A DNA stretch of 64,000 nucleotides. Origin: Vicugna vicugna. Its lineage: Eukaryota. The stretch covers positions 3,659,050 through 3,723,049 of the forward strand of contig MU058781.1 of the NCBI GenBank assembly GCA_013265495.1, written 5' to 3'. Below are positions 11,735 to 23,700 of the stretch, piece by piece (the first letter of the stretch is position 1; every line of letters begins with the position of its first letter). The position numbers and the translations under genes are program-made. The notes under the pieces are model-generated. The model ran no database searches and was not told the origin of the DNA. It worked only from the letters and a program-made list of their open reading frames with translations.

Positions 11735-14700
11735 GTAGGTCTTTCTAGTAGCCTGCCATCTCATCTCCAGTGAAAGCTGAAGTGCCTGAAAGTCCCTGCA
11801 CTTTGAGAGGGACCGTCTGTATTGAAGTGCGTGCGGGGCAGGATGTTAGAGAAAGTTGGTCTGTCCTCTTCTCCTTAGGGAAGTCCTTTCCAGGACAGCG
11901 TCAAAATTCTCTCTCAATAGCCATGTTCACTCCATTTAAGACATTCTGTCACTTCTTCCAGAATGTTTGCATTTAAGCTTTTTGCACGTGATTTATATTT
12001 TAAACCCCTCACCTCTCTGCAGGGCAAGAAAGCTAGTGATTTTCTTATGGGATAACATGGGGTTAAATTTTCTAACTGGGCAGAAATGATTTGTATCTCT
12101 GCCTGATGAAAACCTACACGTTAACTCTGACCCAGGAACCGGTTAGTTGGTAGGATGACAGGGTTTACGTTTGAGGTGGAAAAAGACCTTTAGGGCTGGG
12201 GAAAGTTTCATGGATGAGCTTTGAAGTCCTTAAGGACGTTGGAAGGGTGTGAAGCCAGGAGTCATAGACGTAGTTCCTAGAAAAGTACAGGTACATTTTC
12301 TTCTTAAGCAGCTTGTTCTTCCAGGAGATAAGATCAGATTCCAAATGCTAATCCACACAGACTGGGTTTCTTTTTCTGAATTCTTCCTGGTTGGACAGCT
12401 TTAGAGGACCTTCACACAGTCTCTCTCTGACAGGGATGCGCATTTAGGCAGAGTGCTGGCGTGGCTGGCAGATAGTTGAGCTGGTTGCAGCCGAAGAGAA
12501 CGGTGTGCCCGAACCACCTTCATTCCTTTGAGTTGATGTTGCTGAAAACACGGTCCCAGAGCTCCAGGAAGGCTGGGGGGAGGGGGCTGGAGCTCTGCTT
12601 CTTTGTGTCTGAGGGTCTGCTTTTATTCTTTGTTTATTCTTGCCAGTAGTCAGAGAGGAAGGGAAGGGGAGGAGAGGTTGACTCTTTTTTGAGATTCTCT
12701 GTCCTGGGCTGGCCATAAAAGCAGCTCTGGGTTTAACGAGGGTGAGGAAGTCCCATCCCTGCCTACAGGGCGCTGTCAAGTATGAGAAACCAGTAAGATC
12801 CACCTTCCCCTTGTGGTGTACAAAGTGGAGTCACATTGCCTTTAATGTTCAGTTCTTGTCTCTGAGCCCCCATCCCATTCTCTTCCGTCCTTTCCTCCAT
12901 CACTGGTTCCATGTCTCAGGGATGCTCATTGAGTCCAAGGGTTAATTAGCCTTGGTTGCCATTGCCTCCTGGGGAGACCAGAAAGCCTGGTCCATCAGCC
13001 AAGGAACTTGCTTCCACTTTTGCTCAAACCTTCAGTGTGTTAGTCCTAGAAGATGTCTGTTCCCCGGGCAGACCCTGCTCCAGTGGCCCAGGCTGGCCAC
13101 AGGCAGTGCTGGCCCACACTCACTCCTCCGGGTCAGGGCAGAAGAGAGATGGAGGCAGAAGAGGGGGTCTCTTCTCCCACAGCTTATGCTTGGCTCCAAA
13201 CCGCTTAGGCCTGGCCTGCCGGGGTCCCAGCATTTACAGAGCGCAGTGCCTGGGAGAGAGGGGGTGCTGTCACCTAATCTCTGCTGTGTGCTGTGCCCTC
13301 ATCTAACCTCTGCTGCCCAGGAGAAACAATGGCAGGTCTAAGTCTGGCTCCTCGTCCTTATCCTGGGATGAGAATGTTTGCTTCTGAGGCAAAGTCCACC
13401 TTGTGGTGTGTGTGAGGGGTGTAGTGAGCATCACTAAAGGAAGGCTGCTGCCCCTGTGGGTCTGAGATCAGGTGGGAGGATGCCTGGAGGTGCAGGATGA
13501 GGCTGTCAGTCCTGGAGGGCAAGCCACAGGCCATGACCATGAGTGTCTGCTATCATGTTACTCTCTGTGTTCAGTTCCCTTCTGTTACCCGAAGTCTCTG
13601 GGGACACCTTGTTGAAAAGTCCAGCTCTTGAGCCGTAGCAGAGAAGATCATGTGTCCAGATGGGGACAGCACATTTGCTCACAGGGAAGGGACCCTCAGC
13701 CTCACCTTGGTAGTGATGCTGAAGGAAGCTGCAATTAACAAGATCCTCAAAGCGAAGTGAATTTGGGGAGGAAGGGAAGACTCTAGGGTCCAGTGGGCCC
13801 CACGTCAGCCCTCACACACACACAAGCTTGTTTTTACTTTTAAGAAGGAAGATACGTGCTCCTCCATTAGCCTTTTTTAATCCTTATAGCAGCTCTGCTC
13901 CAGGGTAGGCACTGAGTACCTTACACAGCCAGGGAAATCCAGGAGGGCAGGGGGTCCATCATTTGCATAAAATATCACTTGTGGGAGGTGGGGTGGGAGG
14001 CAGAATGGGACTCAAAGCCAGCGCTGTGTGCCCCAAGCCCCTCCTTCTTTCTTAAGACACTGTACACTCACACACCAGGCTGCATGGGTAGCGTCTTCAC
14101 GGTGCGGGTATGATTTTTATTTGGGTAACTTAAAGCATAATTTCACAGAAGATCAAGTTTCAAAATTCAGGCAGTTGATTCGGGGTGTAAACATCCAAAC
14201 GGTGCACTGGATTGGTCCAGGTTTTATTCTCTCTTTAGATATGGCAGACTTTCGGAAGATTTTTGCAAAAGCCAAGCACATAGCCATCGTTTCAGGAGCC
14301 GGTGTGAGTGCTGAGAGTGACTCAAAGCCAGCGCTGTGTGCCCCAAGCCCCTCCTTTCTTAAGACACTGTACACTCACACACCAGGCTGCATGGGTAGCG
14401 TCTTCACGGTGCGGGTATGATTTTTATCTGGGTAACTTAAAGCATAATTTCACAGAAGATCAAGTTTCAAAATTCAGGCAGTTGATTCGGGGTGTAAACA
14501 TCCAAACGGTGCACTGGATTGGTCCAGGTTTTATTCTCTCTTTAGATATGGCAGACTTTCGGAAGATTTTTGCAAAAGCCAAGCACATAGCCATCGTTTC
14601 AGGAGCCGGTGTGAGTGCTGAGAGTGGGATTCCGACTTTCAGAGGAGCGGGGGGTTACTGGCGGAGATGGCAAGCTCAGGTTAGTCGTGCGTCCAGAAGG

Positions 14701-17700
14701 TTAAGAGGCTCTTCTGAATGAAGCCGTAACAGAGTCTGACTCAGAGCCCATACCTAAGCCTGAACCCAGAGGGGAACGTTTTGCAATTTATGATGACCCC
14801 TTGGTCCAGTTCTCTTTGGCACCAACACAGAGTCCACCCGATTAAGATCTCAGATGTAAGCAACGCAGCCTCTGTCCTGTCTTTGCAGGCATGTATAGAT
14901 TGCGCTTATTCAGGTGACAGATTTCTTCCAGTAGTTAAGTGGGATCAGGAAAACCTTGCTTTACATAATTCATTGCTTTTCTATAGATACTGAAATTAAG
15001 AATTACACAGTTTTAATCTATGAACTTTTCATATGAAAACCAGTGTTGAATTGCTAAAGGCTTAGGCCTTGATGCTCAAAACTTTACACGAAGACTGTCA
15101 GGATGTAAGTTCTCTGGGGGCGTGGAGTTTTTTAAATTCAGTTTTTATTGGGGTATAATATACATGCAATAAAATTAACCAATTTTAAGGTACGCTTCAG
15201 GCCACTTGGGTTCTGAGCGAAGGGTGGGAAGGGAGGGAGGAAGGGCTGACGTACACAGGTGATCCACTTCCCAGTTGAAGGCTGACATTACTACCAGGTC
15301 GAAGGGTAACCTTTATAGTAAAATAAAATGCATACTACCACCCCCAGCGCAATCAGCGTCTGGATTATTTAGGTCTTTGCTTAAGGCTCCCTTCACCAGC
15401 CACCCTGTGCTTTCGCCATAGATGAGCTCTCTCTCCCGGAAAAAGTCTTGTACTTAAAATATATATGTTCTGTTACTATAATATATATTCTGTTTTTTAT
15501 ACGTTTAGTTGTGTGTGTGTGTGTAGCTATAATTACAGTTGTGAAACTGAATTTTTCAGCTGTGGCCATGGTACCTGAGTTGGGCATTTTGCGTCTTCCT
15601 TTTTGTCCTGGATAAGGGAGATTGACTTCATGCGTGGAGCTCCATGGAAAAGCAGATTCCAGCCTCAGTTACCTCCCCACGTATTACTCTACTTCATGTC
15701 TGTGACTTGCCTGAGTGGAGGACGGGACAGGCTGCAGTCTCCCCGCCTTGTCACTGGGGAAATTAAAACCGATTTCTCCCAGGTGCCTTTAAGTCCCAGG
15801 ATTGGGACACAGGCTGCTGTCCAGGCCCCAGTCCCGTGTTGGCCACACTGCGTGAACCCACAGGGGACGTGTTCTCGCTGGCACCTCCCAGAGCTGCCTG
15901 CCTAGAGCACAGGGGGCCTCCGCGTTTGGCTGTCACCTCCAGGTTCCACACCCCTGCCACTCGGCTTCCTGAGCATCAGAGCTCCATGACCCCCACCTCC
16001 TCTCTCACCCCCAGGACCTGGCCACCCCTCAGGCCTTTGCCCGAAACCCGTCCCAGGTGTGGGAGTTCTACCACTACCGGCGGGAGGTGGTGCTGAGCAA
16101 GGAGCCCAACACCGGCCACCTTGCCATCGCCGAATGTGAGGCCCGGCTGCGCGGGCAGGGCCGGCGGGTCGTGGTCATCACTCAGAACATTGATGAGCTG
16201 CACCGCAAGGCTGGCACCAAGAACCTTCTGGAAATCCATGGTAAGGGGCCCTCGGTTTCCCTTGGCGGAGGCAGGTGGGGGGGCAGGGAGGACCCAGACC
16301 TGAAAACACATGTCCCAGCTGGACTCATGGAGTCAGAGCTGCATCTTGACAAGACCCAGATGTCTGGACCACAGGTTACACTGGAGGAACCAGGTCTGCA
16401 CTGCCACGTGCTCCCCTCCCTGCAGGGCCCAGGGGAAGCGGGAGGTTTGGGCCATTGAACAGCTGTGACTTTAGCAGGATTTAGCCTGGGAAGACTTGGC
16501 ATCCCTGGGGAATCCATTTACTCTCCCTGTGTCCCCGACTGTCATTCTCTGCTGAGCCTGGGCTTCTGCTCAGCCCTGGAGGCTTGAGGGAGCTGCCAGC
16601 TCAGTGACCTTCGCTGCGGCGAGCCCGCCAGGTCTGTGACATCTCGGGGCTTCCCTTCTCTGCCCTTGACGACACCCTCCTCTTCTGTCTTATCCTCTTA
16701 ATCCTCTCCCCTCTTTGGCTTTCCCTCCTAAATCTCATAAGTTCATTCCTACAAGAGCATAAATGGGCGCGAAGGGATTTCTTCCCAAGGGCATTTAAGA
16801 GCCTACAAAAGTTCAGCCCCAAGGAATGCATTTCAAATCGTGGAATTTCCAGAAGCAGAGACCCAGTGGGGAATGTTGCTTGTTTTGTGTGTGTGCAGTG
16901 ATGTTGCCCGTTTTTGTCCAGGCTTGTGACCAGCCTGCTGATGTAAGCTGAGGGCTGTCACTTGGGTCCTGTCTCTGTTTTGTGTCCCAGCAACTACTAA
17001 CCCTGTGTCTTTCTGGCACCTTCTTCTTCTGGGTCTGGGCTGCTTTCCACGTGGTGCTTCCTGTCTCTGCAGTGTCAGAATGACAGCCGTGTCACTTGCC
17101 ATGTATAAAGTGTATGAAATGATAAACCTATCTTGCTGAGTTGTTTTAAGGGTTAAGCACGGTATTATATGCACTTTATTTGAGACTTATCTTGGGTTGC
17201 AAGTAGTGAGAACTCTCTTCTAATTCAAATAAAACTAAAAGAAAGCCCCTCTTTTCATCAAACTGAAGATGTCATCAGTTTTAAGATGCAGCACATTTTC
17301 AGTGTGAAAGCCAATCTGCGCCTAAACGATGACATCTTATTATCCCTTAGAATTGTTACTTTGTGCTCACAGAATTGGCTTGTTACAGCTTACTTAGACA
17401 CAGATTTTAGAAACGATGCCACTCTTGTGCATATAAAAAACAAAATATGGGTGAAATAAAGTGGTTTAGGCCTTCCTCACTGTTCAGCTCTTCAGGAGGA
17501 CTTCTGAGGGACTCGGAGGCATCAGTGACTGTGCGCCCCACACAGCACCATGGGCCGTGCCATCCTGGGCGTCGGGAAGGAGTGTCCTGACCGCAGGCCC
17601 CCCTGTGACCGCCGGGCCCTCTTCCCAGCTGCTGCTGACACTCATTCTGCACATTTTCTATTGGGCTGGGAGGGTTCCAGTCAACAACCAGGATTCATTT

Positions 17701-20700
17701 CCTTCCTCAAATGGCCCTTCAGGGGTTTACTGGCTGAAATCTCCCCTGGACATTGCCTCTGTCCACCAGGCCACTGAGGATATCCACCAAGTCACCACAC
17801 GTCCCCATCCTCATCACCCTCCTCGACAAGTCTGTGTAGGTGCAAGTGTTCCTGTCGCCCAGGAAGAGTTGGAGGACACGTCTGGATTCCAGAGATGCTA
17901 ATGTGGGGAAAGATGGCGTATAAACCTAACAAAATAGGCATATCGGCTCACAAAACTGGAGCAGATGGCATTGGCAGGGTCCCTTTCTTCCTCTCTCTGC
18001 CTCTTGCCTTTTCCTTCCTGCACTCTGTTTCCTCTGAGTTAACCTCTCAGCAGTAGACCTGCCGCCGCACACCAGCGCCAGCAAAGGTGGCATCTGGCGG
18101 CCCAGGCTCCCTCTGGTTTAGCTGTCTCCTCAGAAAATAAGTCTCTGGATGGCCTTGCTTGGGTCACATATCTCCCTTCTGACCAGACGCTACTGCCAGG
18201 GTGGGTAGGGGCTACAGCTGGACCAGTCTGGACCTTGTGCCCAAGCTGGTGTCTGGGGATGTGATCGACAGCTCCATCAGCTTGGCGTGGGATAGAGGAG
18301 GGATGGAGATGGTCCTCACAGAAGGCATGTGGGACAGGACGGAGCAACGTGTGTCCAGTGCAGCGAGTGACGTACTCAACCCTGGACACCTGGTGAATAT
18401 TTAGTGAACTGAGGTCACCACGTATTGGTTAAGCTCAACTAGAGTCATAGCTAGTTTTTACAATTTTTTTTGTCACTTATTAGTTGATTATTTATTGGGC
18501 TGCTTTTGTAGAAAAGATGTAAGCTTTATTAAGTCAGAATTAAGATTTTGTAAAAATACATCCCAAGCTATTGACCCTTGATCCATCATATACTTAGTAG
18601 ATCCTGCCCTTGGGCTTAGATTGGCTTTTTCTGCCCTAGTGGCCATTTCAGTTCCACCTGAACATCGGTAATTAGAGAGCTCCTTAGTCAGGTAGGGAAT
18701 TATTTCATCCTCCTCTCTTCCTGCCTAATTGCGGAGCCCAGGAGGGCAGATGTTCTTGGCTGGTTCAATAGCACTGCATGCCTTTACATTTCCCCTGATA
18801 GCTGGGTGGGCCCATTTGCTGAAGTGAACACATAAAAACTAAATTATTTTGTACTCTTGTAGACATGGAGATGATTGCTCTTGATTGTATTAAATTCTGC
18901 TCTTCTTTAACGTGTGTTTTTCAGGTAGTTTATTTAAAACTCGATGTACCTCTTGTGGAGTTGTGGCCGAGAATTACAAGAGTCCAATTTGTCCGGCTTT
19001 ATCAGGAAAAGGGTAAGCAGACCACACTACAGAATAAGCCTATGTCGCCGTCTCTTTTAAGTTGGATATGAATGTGGAGAAGCTGAACGTGAAGATTCCC
19101 ATAATTATGAGAAATAAGACTAGATACAGTACAGCTAGATGATAAAAGAAATATTTTGCTCATAATTTGCAATGTTAAGTGAGTACCACGGACTCCAACT
19201 CTATACAGTATGATCCCAAGTTTGTGTTCACACACACACACACACACAACACACACACACACACATGTTGATGTATCTATGTATAGACAGAAGTCTAGAA
19301 GAAAATACAATAGAACATTAGCAGGAGTGGTAGTGTTATAGGTGATCTTGATGTCTTCTTTGTATCTTTCTGAACTTTCCAACATTTTTATGATGAACAT
19401 TAACTATTATAATTAGAGAAAAAAAATTAAGAGTAGACTCAGAACATTGAGAAAAATTCTACCTGGCCATTTTAAGTCAGTATAAATTATTACAAGTAAT
19501 CTAGTAATCTATTGTCACCGCAGATCATTCAAATTATGACGACATGTACAGTGTAAGTTGTGAAACTCCCCCTTGGCACACCAGCTGCCCCACCCCCTCC
19601 CCACACACAGATTCCCTCTCTGGAGGCAGACCCGCTGGTGATTGATTGTTTGGTGTCCGTCCTCCGAGTGCCCTTCTAAGTCAGTGTGTTTTAATAGAAA
19701 TTTTGTACCATAGACTGCGAGGCATGTAGTCTTACTGGGTTATCGTATTTCTTTGTTCTTCGATTACACCAGTGACGTTCTTTCTCTTCTAATATCATTT
19801 TCCTCAGTGCTCCAGACCCTGAAACTCAGGATGCCAGAATCCCAGTTGAGGAACTTCCCCGGTGGGTAAAAAAGCTTTGATCCGTATCGGTGTTCCAGAT
19901 TGCAGAAAAAGAAAATTAGGAGTCAGAAATCTAAGTTCATTTGGTGAGATGCCTCTTAAACATGCAAAGGCAGAAACCAGCCCTGACCTGTGAGGCCAAG
20001 GGAAAAAGGACGAAGGAGGAACCAAACCAGGCTTGAGAGAACCGCTTCTGTCCCATCCCTTTTTGCTGTGCGTTAAGGCGGGATCTTTGGGGTCTGGAAA
20101 GATTCACGCTGCAGATGCTAACCTAACCTGGTGTCTGTGAAGCGTAGAGCCCGGCGTCCTAACTGCTGCCCTCTTCCTCCTCCTCGTCCTCGTCAGTCCT
20201 ATCACCCAGGCCACGCAGGCAGTGAGAGGACTTGCGAAGGTGAAGTTATAGGACCAAACAGAATTTTTGTAGATTTAACAAGAAACCTTGGAAAGATTTT
20301 TATGTCCATTTGTCAAAACTAGATATTAAAACAGTACTTCCAAAAGTGTTTCATTTAGCATTAGACGCATGTGATGTTGATAGGGATTACTTGGGAAAAA
20401 GATGTCATGTGCTCAAATAAATACGGGAACACCAGATTAAACAAAGTTAAAGTATGTTTGCTTTACTGCAGGACTTCTCAGAGCATTGACTATGCGGAAT
20501 TACATTGTTACTCTCTAAAAAGTGGTTATTTCACTGGTTTACTTAACCACAGGAACTTTTTTTAATAAGGGTTTTCATTACTAAATTTTTGGAGGGGAGA
20601 TGGGTTTGTTTGTTTGTTTGTTTATTTATTTATTTATTTAGTGGAGGTACTGGGGACTGAACCCAGGACCTTGTGCATGCTAAGCAAGCTATACCCTCTT

Positions 20701-23700
20701 CCCTCATTAGTAAATGCTAAAGTTTCAATCTAAAAAAATCTTTAGGAGATTAATATGATGACAGTGATATTTGGGGAGATGATTTTAGAAGGTATATACA
20801 AGATGACCTAGTGGTAGTAGCAAGCAAAAGATGAGAGATTTTTAGTAACTGACACTGGAGAATTTGGCTATAAATGGGCAAGAGAGAGGTGAATCGGAGA
20901 GAAAAGGAAAGGAGGTCACTGATGAAATTAGTGGGTTGTTGGCGTGTTGGAGGCAAGTCTGAGTCCAGTACTCCTCCTGGGCCTGGGTGACCGTGAGCAC
21001 AGTCTTGCCGATGCGTGTGATAAGGTAACTGGGAAAGAGGAAGCTATTTAGAAAGACAATGTCAAGGTTGGCTGAAGTGCATTCACCAACAGGTCAGCCC
21101 AGTGCATCTGGACGAAATAAGTACTTTATAAATGAGTAAAATTAGTACTTCATCTTCAGGACAAACTCCTGTGGGCTGGGAGGGAGGGGTGGGGGGATGA
21201 CGGCTCAGAGTGACCTATTTGGACAGACCGGGTTTGAGATGGCCCTGGCGTTCCCCTGGTCCACCTGGGCTGACCCTCTGGTGGAGCAGGTCCTGGGGTC
21301 AGGATGAGGATGACACTCTTACAGGTGTGAAGAGGCAGGATGCGGGGGCCTGCTGCGACCTCACGTCGTGTGGTTTGGAGAAAACCTAGACCCTGCCATC
21401 CTGGAGGAGGTTGACAGAGAGCTGGCCCTTTGTGACTTGTGTCTAGTGGTAGGTCACGCCCTTCCTACCATCCTGGTCCCCAGGATGCTCTGAAACACCA
21501 GGCCTGGGGTGGCTTTTCTTGTTTCCTCCCTCCCTCCTCCTTCTTCCTTCTTACCCTCCTTCCCTCCCTTCCTTCTTTCCTTCTCTTAAGGTGTGTGTGA
21601 AGAGGTATGGTAATGCCTTACAGAAAAATTAAGAAACAGTGAATAAGATATGATCTTAAAGAAAAAACAAATTTCTTCTGTATAGCACAGGGAACTATAT
21701 TCAATATCTTGTAATAACCTTTAATGGAAAAGAATATGAAAACAAATATATGCATGTATATGCATGACTGAGACGTTGTGCTGTACACCAGAAATTGACA
21801 CATTATAACTGACTATACTTAAATTTTAAAAAAGTGAAAAAAAAAGCATAAATACAGGACAGAAATAGACTCATAGACAGAGAATACAGACTTGTGGTTA
21901 CCAGGGGGGTGGAGGGTGGGAAGGGATAGACTGGGATTTCAAAATTGTAGAATAGATAAACAAGATTACACTGTACAGCACAGGGAAATATACACAAAAT
22001 GTTATGATAAATCACAGAGAAAAAAATGTGACAATGAGTGTGTATATGTCCATGAATGACTGAAAAATTGTGCTGAACACTGGAATTTGACACAACAGTG
22101 TAAAATGATTATAAATAAATAAAAAATGTTAAAAAAAAAGTGAAAAAATAAAAAATAAAGAAAAAAAGGTATGTCCTTAAAATATGAAACTATGTAAAAC
22201 CATGCTTTAGGCTTCTCAAAGCCTTTCCCTCTGGAAAAAAGTTAATGAAAAGAATGTGTTACTGGTTTTGATTTTGAAAGTAATACATACTTATTATATT
22301 TGAGAAAATACAAAAAAGTATGAATTTATAAAGAGGAAATTTGATATCACCAATAATTACACCATCCAGAAATAGTCACTCTTAGCATTTTGGTGTATTT
22401 TCTTCCAGACCAGTGGCGATAAACTGTGATAATTTACATTATCTGGTGAATACAGTTTTATTGGCCCTGTGGCTGTGATCACACTACAATGGCAGAGTTG
22501 ACTATTTGTGACAGACACTGTATGGCCTACAACCTAAACATTTACTATCTGGCCCTTTACACAAAGCTTGCCCACCCCGGTCTAGACCTTTTCTCATGCA
22601 CATGTGCACATATTCACTTTCAAAAACTGGTTCACGCTGTATGTTCTGTTTTAAGACTACTTCATTCACATAGCAGTTCACTCGGCATATTTCTTGTCAG
22701 TATATCCAAATCCACGGTGTCTTTTAACGGCTGCGTGGATATAAAATGATATAGTTAACCAATCCTCCACCGTTGGACATTCAGGCTGTTTCAGATTCTG
22801 ATATATTTTAGACAATGCCCTGATGAGTGTCCTTAGACATAACTCTTCAGGTTATTTCCTTAGGACGGGTTTCCTAGAAGTGGAGTCAGTGGGACAAAGG
22901 GCACGCTTTCAGGTTTTCCTTCACACATCTTTAAAAGCAGAGGCACTGTCTCGTGGATGCGTGTTCATTCAGCCCGTATTTCTCGAGTGCACCCCAGTGT
23001 TGAGTCTGGTCTCTGTGCACTTGATAGATGGTTAAGCGAGGAAAGCTGGCTTGTAAAACTTGTTCTGGTCTCCCCGTTCTTGTAAAGAATGTTTATAAAT
23101 ATATATTCATAGAGAAAAACCTGAAAGCATATTCATCAAAATGTGCACAGTGAAATCTGGGGGAAGTAGGATTATAAATGACATGTATATGGTTTTTTCT
23201 TCGACTTTTCTAACTTAAAAGGAACGTGGGTTATTTGCATGACTTCAAAGAGCAGAAACAAAAATAAAACTCACCCCCTTTGGGTGACGATCGAGTCATT
23301 TCTTTGCCCCCTCTCCAGACGCTCAGCTCCCCTTCTCTTTTTTTTTTAACTTTTAAATTTTTTGTGGGGGATATAATTAAGTTGGTATGTATGTATGCAT
23401 ATATGTACGCATGCATGCATGTATGTATGTAAGTATTTCATGGTGGTACTGGAGGCTGAACCCAGGACTTTGTGCATGCTGAGCATCCGCTGTACCACTG
23501 AGCTGTACCCTCCCCACCACCTCCCCTTTTCAAATCACATACTCTCTCCGAATTCCAGGGATCAGCCAAAAGGACGCCTCCTACCTTCCCCTCTGTCCCT
23601 CGGACATTCTCCATCTATCCCGCCCAGCTTAGCTTTCCTCACATCTGCAACCACAAACAGGCCTGAGTTCATGTAAGGTTTTCTGAAAAACTGTTTCTCC

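Noticed and set aside
14028..14721. Two similar ORFs (130 and 137 aa) that look like paralogous small genes
   Set aside because: They are intron read-through into the duplicated SIRT5 exon, with non-ATG starts
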